Origin: a virus
Reading direction: 5' to 3' (one strand)
DNA length: 64,000 nucleotides
Virus record (IMG/VR): IMGVR_UViG_3300048793_000029
Span: 1-64,000 of that record
This document shows, in pieces, positions 46,852-56,601 of this stretch. Under the pieces are notes generated by a model. The model ran no database searches. It saw nothing but the letters and a program-made list of their open reading frames with translations, and was not told the DNA's origin. Each line of letters opens with the position of its first letter. The first letter of the stretch is position 1. The position numbers were made by a program, and so were the translations under genes.

Positions 46852-47367
46852 ATGGCAGAAAACGAAGCCTCCAAGGGATCAAAGCACGTTAGCGTGGCGT
46901 GCAAGGTCCCGAACGGTCTCGTCTTGAGGGTGTTCAAGTCCCGCAAGGAACATCAGCAAGTCATGGGTGGCGGCAGCCGTGAGGTTGAAGTCAACTACCA
47001 GGTCGGTGAGGGGTTCAAGGTCAACGGCCCGAAGCCGCTCAGTGCGCAGCCAAACTTCGCCATGCCGGGCGGCTATGCATTGACGCACAACGTGCCGGCG
47101 GACGTGTGGGAATCTTGGCTCAAGGCCAACGAAGATAGCGTCATGGTGAAGAACAAGCAGATCTTTGCCGCCGCTACTTCCGAGGCTGCAGCCAAGATGG
47201 CCGTGGAGCACGAGGAAGTCAAAAGCAACCTCGAGCCGCTCGATCCCGCGACCATCAACGTCAAGGGGCGCGAGGTCAATGTCGACCCGCGCTGGCCGAA
47301 GGCTGTACCGATGGCACCGGGAGGTTCGGGTGTAACCCCAATCCAGACCGGCGCTCGGACGGGGTGA
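46852..47367 (+). CDS. Conserved virion-module protein
   Basis: VACKVPNGL...GYALTHNVPADVWESW...LEPLDP. Confidence 0.7.
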   Translation: MAENEASKGSKHVSVACKVPNGLVLRVFKSRKEHQQVMGGGSREVEVNYQVGEGFKVNGPKPLSAQPNFAMPGGYALTHNVPADVWESWLKANEDSVMVKNKQIFAAATSEAAAKMAVEHEEVKSNLEPLDPATINVKGREVNVDPRWPKAVPMAPGGSGVTPIQTGARTG

Positions 47368-47374
47368 TAAGCAC

Positions 47375-47815
47375 ATGGGCGTCGTCGTCACATTCGACTA
47401 TGCGTCGTGGGTCGCGAGATATCCTGAATTTGCGGCTGTGTCCCAGCCGACAGCTCAAGAATATTTCAATGAAGCCACAATGTATTGTCGAAATGACGGC
47501 GGCGGCCCGGTGCCTACTGCAGCAATCCAAAGCACCTTACTAAATATGTTAACGGCTCATCTTGCCTTTTTGTATTCCGGCGCCAACGGTGAGGCACCAT
47601 CACAGTTGGTGGGTCGCATTAGCGATGCGGCCGAAGGTAGCGTTCACGTTGCAGTCGAGATGCCGACGAACATGTCGGCTGCCGCGGCTTTTTTCACGCA
47701 GACAAAATATGGTCTTGCGTTTTGGCAAGCCACGGTGGGCTACCGCACCGCTAGGTATAGGGCGCGGCCGCAGTTTGTGGTTGGCGGGCGCTGGCCGATG
47801 ATCGGTGGTTATTAA
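47375..47815 (+). CDS. Head-tail adaptor (DUF4054-like)
   Basis: YPEF, LNMLTAHLA, VGRISDAAEGSV, QTKYG. Confidence 0.85.
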   Translation: MGVVVTFDYASWVARYPEFAAVSQPTAQEYFNEATMYCRNDGGGPVPTAAIQSTLLNMLTAHLAFLYSGANGEAPSQLVGRISDAAEGSVHVAVEMPTNMSAAAAFFTQTKYGLAFWQATVGYRTARYRARPQFVVGGRWPMIGGY

Positions 47816-48268
47816 GTGGCCGATATCTTCACCACTAAGTTCAGTGGTGGCGCTAAGCTGGCGGCCGCGCTCAAGGCGATGGCCGAAAAGGTTCGCAGCC
47901 CAGGGACGCTGAGCGTTGGGTTTCAGGACGGGTCTACTGACGAGAGCGGAACGCTCAATGCGATGAAGGCTGCTTTGAACGAGTACGGCACCAAAAACAT
48001 CCCACCGCGGCCGTTCTTTCGTACCATGGTTGCCAACAAAAGCGGCGGCTGGGCCGGCGACATCGAGAAGCTGCTAAAGGCCAACGACTACGATGCTACG
48101 GTAACGCTCGATTACATGGGCGATAAGATCAAGGGCCAGCTCGTGGATTCTATTTTTAACGGCGGTTGGCTACCGAATAAGCCATCTACTCTCGCCAGGA
48201 AGTCGGGGACGCAACCATTGGTTGACACTGGCGCAATGTCTAATTCTATAACGTGGGTGGTTAAATGA
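47816..48268 (+). CDS. Neck/tail-completion protein
   Basis: NEYGT..IPPRPFFR, PLVDTGAM. Confidence 0.78.
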   Translation: MADIFTTKFSGGAKLAAALKAMAEKVRSPGTLSVGFQDGSTDESGTLNAMKAALNEYGTKNIPPRPFFRTMVANKSGGWAGDIEKLLKANDYDATVTLDYMGDKIKGQLVDSIFNGGWLPNKPSTLARKSGTQPLVDTGAMSNSITWVVK

Positions 48269-49191
48269 TCTTTCTCGTAAATCTCATGAACCACAATGAA
48301 GTTGGACAACGCAGTCTTGAAGATGTTGTGGGAATTTTTGGTCATCAGCTTCGTTCGTTCGGTCACCAGATCGTGTGGGAGACCAGTAACACGCGCTTCC
48401 TCGGCCCTGGTCAAGGCATAAATATCATCGTCGAGGGCTTCTTCCCCTATCACGTTCCAATTATCGCCGAGGCCCACAGCAAGGGCGCCCGCTTTCTGAT
48501 GTTGGCGACCGAGGAGCCAACCGATAAAGGCTTCAACCACGGTACCCAGGAAGAGATGGTTGTGCGCCAACGGGTGTTCCCCGAAGTGGCCAAATACTTT
48601 GACGGCATCCTCCACTTGGTGCCTGGCGAGAACATCACGCGCTGGTACGGCCAATTCGCGCCGACCGCGCAGATCGAGTTGGGCTACGCGCCGACTTTGG
48701 TACGCAACCACGGCATTGTACCGGACTATGACTTCGGTTTCTACGGCTCGCTGACGCCGCGCCGGCTCAAGTTGCTCAAGCGGCTGGCGAACAAAATCAA
48801 TTCGCCCAAGGCGGTTAAGATCGTGAGCGACTTCAAGACCCAGACCGAGCGCGACCAATTGATGTCGCGCGCCAAGGTGATCGTGCAGATAAGGAAGTTC
48901 GAGGAGATGGGCCTGGTGTCGAGTTCACGCTGCAACACAGCGTTGCATATCGGTCGCCCGGTGGTGGCCGAGCCACACCTACTGTCGAAGCCGTGGGACG
49001 AGGTGGTCGATTTCGCCGCCTCGATCGACGACTTCTTCTCCAAGGCTATTATGGCCAAGGCCATGTGGAAGGGGTTGCATGGTAGCCAAATGGAAAAGTT
49101 CAAGAAGAAGCTTTCGCCGGAGTTCTGCGTCGGCCACGCCTTGGCGGCGATCGGCATGACAGACGATTCGGCGCAGCGGAAGGTTGCCTAA
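48265..49191 (+). CDS. GT-B fold glycosyltransferase-like protein
   Basis: DYDFGFYGSLTPRR...RDQLMSRAKVIV...SRCNTALHIGRPVVAE resembles the Glyco_trans_1_2/CgeB C-terminal domain. Confidence 0.65.
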   Translation: MIFLVNLMNHNEVGQRSLEDVVGIFGHQLRSFGHQIVWETSNTRFLGPGQGINIIVEGFFPYHVPIIAEAHSKGARFLMLATEEPTDKGFNHGTQEEMVVRQRVFPEVAKYFDGILHLVPGENITRWYGQFAPTAQIELGYAPTLVRNHGIVPDYDFGFYGSLTPRRLKLLKRLANKINSPKAVKIVSDFKTQTERDQLMSRAKVIVQIRKFEEMGLVSSSRCNTALHIGRPVVAEPHLLSKPWDEVVDFAASIDDFFSKAIMAKAMWKGLHGSQMEKFKKKLSPEFCVGHALAAIGMTDDSAQRKVA

Positions 49192-49575
49192 GTGGATCTT
49201 CGCTCTATAGCCGGAAGCGTCATAACGGCGGTTAACCCGGATATCTTCGCTACTGTTATGTCGTCTACCGGCTACACGATCGCTCCCGACGGCAAACAGA
49301 CGCCGGCTTACAACACAGTTACCGAAGTTCCGGTGCAGGTTCAAAGCTTGTCGTTTAGGGACCTGATGCAGGTCGAGGGCCTCAACCTCAACGGCGAGAA
49401 GCGGGCCATCTACATCAAGGGCAAGCTCGACGGTACGGTGCGCGTCGCTGGCAAGGGCGGTGATTTGATTGTCATCAATAATGGGACAAGCATTGGCACT
49501 TGGTTAGTGGTTCAGTCCCTCGAACAGTGGCCTGACTGGTGCAAAGTGGCAGTCGTACTCCAGGATGGCTCGTGA
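49192..49575 (+). CDS. Head-closure protein
   Basis: QVQSLS, GKGGDL, LEQWPDWCKV. Confidence 0.75.
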   Translation: MDLRSIAGSVITAVNPDIFATVMSSTGYTIAPDGKQTPAYNTVTEVPVQVQSLSFRDLMQVEGLNLNGEKRAIYIKGKLDGTVRVAGKGGDLIVINNGTSIGTWLVVQSLEQWPDWCKVAVVLQDGS

Positions 49576-50309
49576 CTATATTGCTGACTCCTACCGAAGA
49601 CGACGCCATCATGGCGCTGCGCTCCTTTATGAGTAGCGTGCTGCCGAGCAGCGTTGACGTGATCCGTGGCCAGATCAACCGCGTACCGGAGCCGGCAGAC
49701 AGCGATTTCATTGTCATGTGGCCGATCATGCGCCGCCGCCTGGAGACCAACGTCGACCAGTTCGTTGATACCAAGAGTGTCGGTTCCATCGCCGGCAACC
49801 TGATGACGGTGACCGGGCTCAGCTACGGCAGTTTGCAAGTAGGCTCCGTGGTGTTTAGTGTGGTCGGCGGCACCGGAGCGGTGTTCTCGGTGCAGTCGCA
49901 GGTGTCTGGCTCGGTCGGTGGCACTGGGGTCTACAGCGTGGCGCCCAGCGGTTCGGTCGGCGGTGGCGTGCTGGCAGCTGGCGTGCTCAACGCGCTGGCG
50001 CCAACTGAGCTTACGATTCAGTTGGATGTTCACGGGCCGAATGGCGGAGATAACGCGCAGATTGTGAGTACGATGTTGCGCGACGATTTTGCTTGCCAAG
50101 CCTTCAAGGTTCTCAACGTTGGTGTAGTGCCACTGTACGCCAACGATCCAAAGCAGATCACGTTTCAAAACGAGAACCAGCAAATCGAAGAGCGGTGGAT
50201 TGTGGAAGCCTGCTTCCAGGTGAACACCACCGTCAATGATATCCCGCAGCAATTCTTTGACTCCATCACCGTCGAGCGGGTGCCCGCCGACATCGAGTTC
50301 CCCGCATGA
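49572..50309 (+). CDS. Tail terminator/neck protein with inserted Gly/Ser-rich domain
   Basis: GQINRVPEP, QLDVHG, PLYANDPKQ...NQQIEERW. Confidence 0.75.
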   Translation: MTILLTPTEDDAIMALRSFMSSVLPSSVDVIRGQINRVPEPADSDFIVMWPIMRRRLETNVDQFVDTKSVGSIAGNLMTVTGLSYGSLQVGSVVFSVVGGTGAVFSVQSQVSGSVGGTGVYSVAPSGSVGGGVLAAGVLNALAPTELTIQLDVHGPNGGDNAQIVSTMLRDDFACQAFKVLNVGVVPLYANDPKQITFQNENQQIEERWIVEACFQVNTTVNDIPQQFFDSITVERVPADIEFPA

Positions 50310-50323
50310 GGAGAAACTAGCCA

Positions 50324-51832
50324 ATGACCACAATTCCGGCTTCTGCGATCGTTCAAGTCAATCCAGCCGTCCTCAGCGCGGGCGGTCGCGCGCTCGACAT
50401 CATCGGCGTCATCCTGACGACTAACTCCCGCGTGCCCATCGGCGCGGTGCAGCCATTCAGCAACCAGGTTGACGTCAGCAACTACTTCGGTCCGTCCTCC
50501 ACTGAGGAGGCGCTGAGCATGATTTACTTCAACGGCTTCGATAATTCCAATATCAAGCCGGCACGCGTGTACTTTGCGCAGTACCCCACGGCTTCGGTGG
50601 CTGGCTACCTGCGCGGCGGTCCAGTCGACACGCTGACGATTGCCCAGCTTAACGCCCTCACAGTCGGGGCGCTGACCATCACTGTGAACGGCTCGGGCTA
50701 CACCGCCGCAGCGGTCTCCTTCGGCACCGTCGGCTCGTTCTCGGCCGCTGCCAATGTCATCCAGGCCGGCTTTGGCTCAGGCGCGCTACCGTTCACCACC
50801 ACCTACGACAGCATCGCTGGCGCCTTTGTCATTACCACCACGGCCACTGGCTCAGGGGCGACGATAAGCTTTGCTTCAACCAATAACATTGCTACGGCAA
50901 TAATGCTAACGGCAGCATCGGGAGCGGTAACATCCCAGGGCGCCGTGGCGGCAACCCCTGGTCCGTTTATGACGGCCCTCACGCAAGCGACTCAGGATTT
51001 TGCCACCTTCATGACGGCGTTCGATCCGGACGTCTCCGGCAACACTAACAAGCTGGCGTTCGCGGCATGGAACAGTCTCCAGAACGATCGCTACGGTTAT
51101 GTCTGCTGGGATTCCGACGCTACGCCAAAGACCGTGGTGCCGGCAACTTCCTCGCTCGGCTATCTGCTGACGCTCAATGAATACTCTGGTACATGTCTTA
51201 TCTCTGCCACTGATGCCACGCTGGCGGCGTTTATCTGTGGTTCGGCCGCATCAATAGATTTTAGCGAACATAATGGTCGCGTTACATTCGCTTTCCGTTC
51301 GCAATCTGGGCTATCCGCCCCGGTCACTGATCAGACTACTGGTGATAACTTAATTGCCAACGGCTACAATTTTTATGGTGCCTACGCTACCGCCAATCAG
51401 GGGTTCATCTTCTTCTATCCTGGTTCGGTGTCAGGGCCGTTCCAATGGTTTGATAGTTACATTGATCAGATTTGGCTCAACAATCAGTTCCAGTTGGCTT
51501 TGATGGAATTGTTGGTCAACGCCAAGTCGATTCCCTACAACGCGGCGGGCTATTCGCTAATCGAGGCCGCTTGTCTCGACCCCATCAATCAGGGTTTCAA
51601 CTTTGGTGCATTTCGCGCTGGCGTTACGCTATCCATGGCGCAGGCCGCCGAGGTTAACAATGCAGCAGGCGTTACCATCAGCAACACGCTCAATCAGCGT
51701 GGCTGGTACTTGCAGGTGTTGGATGCTTCGCCGCAGGTGCGCCAAGCCCGTGGCTCACCGCCCTGCACGTTCTGGTATCTTGATGGTCAGTCGGTACAAA
51801 AAATATCCCTCGCTTCAATCGAGCTTATGTAA
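50324..51832 (+). CDS. Tail sheath protein (DUF3383-like)
   Basis: IPASAIVQVNP, YFGPSSTE, NGYNFYG, IPYN, GWYLQV, RGSPP. Confidence 0.9.
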   Translation: MTTIPASAIVQVNPAVLSAGGRALDIIGVILTTNSRVPIGAVQPFSNQVDVSNYFGPSSTEEALSMIYFNGFDNSNIKPARVYFAQYPTASVAGYLRGGPVDTLTIAQLNALTVGALTITVNGSGYTAAAVSFGTVGSFSAAANVIQAGFGSGALPFTTTYDSIAGAFVITTTATGSGATISFASTNNIATAIMLTAASGAVTSQGAVAATPGPFMTALTQATQDFATFMTAFDPDVSGNTNKLAFAAWNSLQNDRYGYVCWDSDATPKTVVPATSSLGYLLTLNEYSGTCLISATDATLAAFICGSAASIDFSEHNGRVTFAFRSQSGLSAPVTDQTTGDNLIANGYNFYGAYATANQGFIFFYPGSVSGPFQWFDSYIDQIWLNNQFQLALMELLVNAKSIPYNAAGYSLIEAACLDPINQGFNFGAFRAGVTLSMAQAAEVNNAAGVTISNTLNQRGWYLQVLDASPQVRQARGSPPCTFWYLDGQSVQKISLASIELM

Positions 51833-51847
51833 AGGAGCGCCTAAACT

Positions 51848-52279
51848 ATGCCCACAATCACTTCCGCCAATGCCGTACTGACCCTATCCGTAAGCACCAT
51901 CTTCACGGCACCGTTTCAACTGCAGGGCTTTTCTGCCGATGATATCTATACTACTGGGCCGCTGGCCTCCGCTGAAACCCTTATGGGTCTCGATGGTAAG
52001 CTGTCCGGCGGTTACGTTCACGTTCCAGTAACTTGGAACATAGCGCTACAGGCCGACTCGACATCGAACGACTTGTTTGATCAGTGGTTCCAACTTCAGC
52101 AAACTAACAGCGAGGTCTATGAGGCCAGCGGGATTCTTTTGTTGCCAAGCATCAGTAAGAAATGGGTCCTCACTACTGGTTTCTTAACGTCGTTTCCGCC
52201 GTTTCCGGATGCCGCCAAGACGCTTCGGCCCCGACGTTATGGCATGCTGTGGCAGTCTGTCAGCTCGGCGCCGATCTGA
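51848..52279 (+). CDS. Tail tube protein
   Basis: TITSANA...LQGFSADD...MGLDGKLSGGYV; follows the sheath. Confidence 0.85.
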   Translation: MPTITSANAVLTLSVSTIFTAPFQLQGFSADDIYTTGPLASAETLMGLDGKLSGGYVHVPVTWNIALQADSTSNDLFDQWFQLQQTNSEVYEASGILLLPSISKKWVLTTGFLTSFPPFPDAAKTLRPRRYGMLWQSVSSAPI

Positions 52280-52301
52280 TAATTAAAATGGAGGAGGTTA
52301 A

Positions 52302-52742
52302 ATGAGAAAAACAAAACACGCCACTATCGACGCCGAAGGCCGTGACAATGGCAAGCTATTCTTGATCACTGAGATGCCGGCATCGCAAGCTGAGCGCTGG
52401 GCGTTTCGGGCGTTTCAGGCGCTGGCGCGTGCCGGCGTCGATATGCCGGAGAACGTGAGCGGCGCAGGCATGGCTGGTATTGCCGTTGTCGGCCTCAAGG
52501 CGCTCGGCACCATACCGTTCTACGAAGCAACCGAGTTGATGGATGAGATGTTTTCGTGCGTGCGTATCGTGCGCGACAAGGCTCACCCTGAGACAGCGAT
52601 GCCTTTAATGGAAGAGGACATCGAGGAAGTATCAACCCGTCTTCACCTTCGCTCGGAGGTGTTTGAACTCCACACGGGTTTTTCTTTCGCCGGAGTGCGC
52701 CAAAGCTTGACCCCGACTCCGGCGATCGACCAGCCGACTTAG
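52302..52742 (+). CDS. Tail assembly chaperone
   Basis: GRDNGKLFLITEMPASQAERWA...DIEEVST; between tube and tape measure. Confidence 0.8.
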   Translation: MRKTKHATIDAEGRDNGKLFLITEMPASQAERWAFRAFQALARAGVDMPENVSGAGMAGIAVVGLKALGTIPFYEATELMDEMFSCVRIVRDKAHPETAMPLMEEDIEEVSTRLHLRSEVFELHTGFSFAGVRQSLTPTPAIDQPT

Positions 52743-52921
52743 CCCAATACGAGAACGTGCCCAACGTTCTGGCCGTCGTGATCTCCAGCGAACTAGCCAC
52801 CCTCCACGAGCTTGACACCGTTTATTCGGTCGAGGACGTTTACGTGTTCCTCGAGATCATCGCCACCAATAATCACAACAAACGCGCGTACCGGAAGTTT
52901 TACGAAAAGCAGCAGCAATAA
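52676..52921 (+). CDS. -1 frameshift extension of the tail assembly chaperone
   Basis: Slippery G GGT TTT at 52676-52682; -1 frame open to TAA 52919-52921 (...YENVPNVLAVVISSELATLHELDTVYSVED...). Confidence 0.7.
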   Translation, partial: GFFFRRSAPKLDPDSGDRPADLAQYENVPNVLAVVISSELATLHELDTVYSVEDVYVFLEIIATNNHNKRAYRKFYEKQQQ

Positions 52922-54780
52922 TGGCAACTATCATCGACGAATTGGTAGTGCAACTTGGCCTCGACCCTACGAAGTTTGTCGAGGGCGGCCACGTCACGGT
53001 TGCTGAGTATAAGAAGCTTGTCGAGGGCATTGATAAGCACAGTAAAGATGCGGTCAAGTCAGTCAAGACCGTAGAGGACGGCTTCACCAAGGTCACCAGA
53101 GCCATCGGTGAGATGACTGCCGGCTACTTGACTGTTACCGGCATCAGTAGCTTCATCCAGCAAACTAACGCCACCAATGTTGCGGTCGGCCAGTTGGCGA
53201 CGACGCTCGGCCTGATGCCGGATAAGATCGCTCAATATACGGAGGCCGCGCGGCGGGCTAATATCAATCCGCAGTCGATGACGTCAGCCCTCAACACGCT
53301 GAACATGCGGGCGGGCGCTGCCAAGCAGGGGCAGGACTCTGCACTCTTCGACCCGTTGGCAAGGCTCGGTGTTAACCCGAATGTGGTGTGGTCAAACGAC
53401 CCCACTACTATGTTGCGTGGTATCGCGTCAGCGGCGCAGAAACAGATTGCCGGTGGCCGGCCGCTCGATGAGGTTAACGCCAACCTGGCCGCTATTGGAT
53501 TGAACGGCGACCTGATCTATATGATCGATCGGTCGGACAAGAAGCTCAAGGAATTCTTTGAGGACGCCGAGAAGCTCCATGCAACAACGAACGCCCAGAT
53601 CGAATCTTCCACGAGGCTGCTGAGTGCCTGGAACGAGTTCGTCCCGATCCTCACTAAGCTCGGTAACTCTATCGCTAAGGACCTCGACGGGCCGCTGGGT
53701 TGGCTCGTGAAAACCATGGGCGGCGTTAACGACCACATGGAGGCGTTCAAACACCTTCTCGAAGAGATCGGCGGCCTGCTGATCGGGACGTCTTTAGGCG
53801 CGGCCATCGGCGGTATCATTGGATTCTTCAGCCCCGTCCCAGGCGGCATGGCCATAGGTGCCGGCATCGGTGCGCGTATCGGCGCGGGCGTCGGATTATT
53901 GGGTGGCGCGGGCCTTGCGGCTAGCAGTCCTCCAGACCCGAACCTTGCCGCGGCGCCAAAAGGCGGCAGCAACGCGGTAGCTCCGGCTGGAGGCACAGCT
54001 CCTGCTCCGGGAGCTGGAGGTACTGGCTTAACTACCTTGCAAGCGGATCGTGCGAGATTTGCAGAGGAATTGAGGCTCAATCCTGGTTTGAAGGACGAAC
54101 TCTTTAAGCATGCTACTGGCGAAAACAATGACCCGCTTGCAAATAAGATTATCATGGAAACGGCAATGAACCGCGCTTCGCAGCGGCACACTTCGTTAGC
54201 TGCACAGCTTGGCTATTTTCAGGGTTATCGAGGCTATGATTCTAAGCATGCAGCAATGATGGAACAAAACCTCAAAAGTGTGCTTAGCGGCTCAAACGAG
54301 GGCCTTGGTGCAACAGATAACTCATCCGGTGGATTGGCCGAGCGCGAGAAAGCAAGCGGCAAATTTATACATCGACGCACGGTTAACGGTGAGTCTTTCT
54401 TCATTCCTGGCTCGGCTGAAAAAGGATTACAAAGAAGTTACGGCCCATGGGCAGCGCAGCGTGGTCTAGATCCTACCACTGGATTAGCGTTACCCAGCGC
54501 TGCTGCTCCCGTTCCTGCTCAGGCTGCTCCAGCCAGCGGCAGCAACGCCGTCGTTCCTGCTGTCCCCGCTGAGGAGGGCTGGGGCCATTGGCTAGGCCGG
54601 CACATGCCAAGTTTCTTGTCGCCGTCATCGTCGTCCACCACCAACAACAAGCAATCGTCGTTGAGCATCGGCAACATGAACTTCCACGGCGTGCGTGATA
54701 TGAAAGACGTGGCGGACAACATTCAGCCGTTCATCGCAAACCGCTTCTCGGCCGTCGCGGCGGATACCGGCTATGGTTGA
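52921..54780 (+). CDS. Tape measure protein
   Basis: MATIIDELVVQLGLD N-terminus, helical body, Gly-rich hydrophobic segment, position. Confidence 0.85.
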   Translation: MATIIDELVVQLGLDPTKFVEGGHVTVAEYKKLVEGIDKHSKDAVKSVKTVEDGFTKVTRAIGEMTAGYLTVTGISSFIQQTNATNVAVGQLATTLGLMPDKIAQYTEAARRANINPQSMTSALNTLNMRAGAAKQGQDSALFDPLARLGVNPNVVWSNDPTTMLRGIASAAQKQIAGGRPLDEVNANLAAIGLNGDLIYMIDRSDKKLKEFFEDAEKLHATTNAQIESSTRLLSAWNEFVPILTKLGNSIAKDLDGPLGWLVKTMGGVNDHMEAFKHLLEEIGGLLIGTSLGAAIGGIIGFFSPVPGGMAIGAGIGARIGAGVGLLGGAGLAASSPPDPNLAAAPKGGSNAVAPAGGTAPAPGAGGTGLTTLQADRARFAEELRLNPGLKDELFKHATGENNDPLANKIIMETAMNRASQRHTSLAAQLGYFQGYRGYDSKHAAMMEQNLKSVLSGSNEGLGATDNSSGGLAEREKASGKFIHRRTVNGESFFIPGSAEKGLQRSYGPWAAQRGLDPTTGLALPSAAAPVPAQAAPASGSNAVVPAVPAEEGWGHWLGRHMPSFLSPSSSSTTNNKQSSLSIGNMNFHGVRDMKDVADNIQPFIANRFSAVAADTGYG

Positions 54781-55534
54781 TCAGATTCAGCTACCGGAAA
54801 TCAACGTCACCGGCAGCCTTGCTGAGGGCGGAGCAGCAGCAACGCAAAGTATTCCCGGCGTTCCCGTGCTGTTCGGCGGCGTATCAATATCGTTTCCGAC
54901 GCTGATGACTGGCGATGTAGTTGACGCTCTTAGTTTTGGTGTGGGACCGCAGTGGGGCGTCTATCAAGGTGGCAGTCCTGTGGTGGTGTTCGACTCCTTC
55001 TTGGAGATCGACTACCGTCAGACCTGGAACATATCTGATTATCCGGTCGAGCGGGGCGGCTTTGAGAGCTACAACAAGGTTTACACGCCGTTCGAGGCTC
55101 GCGTTAAGTTTGCCGCCGGAGGCACTGAGGCAAACCGCGCTGAATTATTGGCATCGGTAGCGGCTATAGCGGGGACGCTTCAGCTTTACGACGTGGTTAC
55201 GCCGGAAGTTGTTTACCAGTCGGTGAACGTCAAACACTACGAATATCGTAGAACGGCCACCAATGGTCTCGGTATCATTACGGTGGAGATGTGGTTGGAG
55301 GAGGTCCGCGTCACTGTCAGCGAGGATTCGTCCACCACGGCTGGGACGAGTAGCGCGAACAGTTCGAGCAGCGGAGTAGCTACCGATGGGGTCACGCCAC
55401 CGGCGGCAACTGACGTCGTAGCCCCGCTGGACCCATCTGGTGCCAATTTGAACAACAACGGGGTCACCCCTGCTGTACCAAGCGATCCGTCTCTCAGTGA
55501 TCCGTCCCTTATGCTCTGGTCCGGTGTGTGGTGA
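54773..55534 (+). CDS. Baseplate/tube-initiator (Dit-like) protein
   Basis: ISDYPVERGGFESYNKV..P, YDVVTPE. Confidence 0.75.
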   Translation: MVDQIQLPEINVTGSLAEGGAAATQSIPGVPVLFGGVSISFPTLMTGDVVDALSFGVGPQWGVYQGGSPVVVFDSFLEIDYRQTWNISDYPVERGGFESYNKVYTPFEARVKFAAGGTEANRAELLASVAAIAGTLQLYDVVTPEVVYQSVNVKHYEYRRTATNGLGIITVEMWLEEVRVTVSEDSSTTAGTSSANSSSSGVATDGVTPPAATDVVAPLDPSGANLNNNGVTPAVPSDPSLSDPSLMLWSGVW

Positions 55535-55978
55535 ATGTTGACTATTCCCATCACGGCAAACTACGCACAGACCTTGACGACGGTTTTGAACCAGCAGACC
55601 TGTCATATCAACATCTATCAGAAGTTCTATGGCGTGTTCGTAGACCTGTACGTCGACACCGGTCTCATCATCGGTGGCGTGCTTGCTGAAGACCGCAATT
55701 TCATCGTCAGGGACACTTACCTTGGGTTCTTGGGCGACATTGGCTTCATCGACACTCAGGGTAATGACGATCCAAATTACGTCGGCCTCGGCTCTCGCTT
55801 TGTGCTGGTCTATCTTACCCCGGCAGAGGTCGCCATTGCGCAGAAGGCCTACGTGGCCAGCGCATCAGCTCTTCCGCCATTTATTCCTTCCTCTATCGTG
55901 CCTGTTCCCCCAATCGCCACCCCATCGTTAGACTTCTCTGATCCGGCAAACAGCCAATATATTGGGATGTTCCCATGA
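55535..55978 (+). CDS. Baseplate protein
   Basis: YLGFLGDIGFIDTQGNDDP..GLGSRF. Confidence 0.7.
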   Translation: MLTIPITANYAQTLTTVLNQQTCHINIYQKFYGVFVDLYVDTGLIIGGVLAEDRNFIVRDTYLGFLGDIGFIDTQGNDDPNYVGLGSRFVLVYLTPAEVAIAQKAYVASASALPPFIPSSIVPVPPIATPSLDFSDPANSQYIGMFP

Positions 55979-55998
55979 CACGTAGAGGATTTGACTTC

Positions 55999-56592
55999 AT
56001 GATTAGGTACTGGAAAGGCACTATAGCCATATTGTTAACATTGGCGGCTGTCAGTGCTGCCATTGCCGCGAGCGGCACCATCACGGTCAAGGACGGGAAC
56101 GGTGTAGCGCGCACGTATGCCGTAGTGACGGACGGGTCTGGAAACTACGTCGCTATGAACGTGATATGCGACTATTCGTCGGCAGCGAATTGCGCGACGG
56201 TTAATAGCTCGCACCAACTCAGTGTCGTTGCTTCATCTGACCCCTGCATGTCAGCGGCCAAGACAAACCTATCTATCGATAGCAACACAACGGCCCTCAC
56301 GCAACTTATCGCCGCATCTGGTTCTACTCAAATTTATATCTGTTCGGTTTTGATTGTATCTAATGGAACAACTATCACTTTCAACACTGGTACTGGCACC
56401 AATTGCGGCACCGGCACTGCTGGACTAATTGGCGGAACGACAGTTGGCCACTCGATGACTCTTGCAAATAGCAATTTGACCTACGGCAACGGGTTGGGAA
56501 CCGTAGCTGTCACTGGCGTCGGAGGCGAAGTCTGTATGGCGCTCGGTTCGTCCGTCTATGTTGCCGGTAATATGACCTACGTGCAGCAGTAG
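55999..56592 (+). CDS. Signal-peptide-bearing Cys/Thr-rich protein
   Basis: MIRYWKGTIAILLTLAAVSAAIA signal; six Cys. Confidence 0.65.
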   Translation: MIRYWKGTIAILLTLAAVSAAIAASGTITVKDGNGVARTYAVVTDGSGNYVAMNVICDYSSAANCATVNSSHQLSVVASSDPCMSAAKTNLSIDSNTTALTQLIAASGSTQIYICSVLIVSNGTTITFNTGTGTNCGTGTAGLIGGTTVGHSMTLANSNLTYGNGLGTVAVTGVGGEVCMALGSSVYVAGNMTYVQQ

Positions 56593-56601
56593 CTATCAAG
56601 C

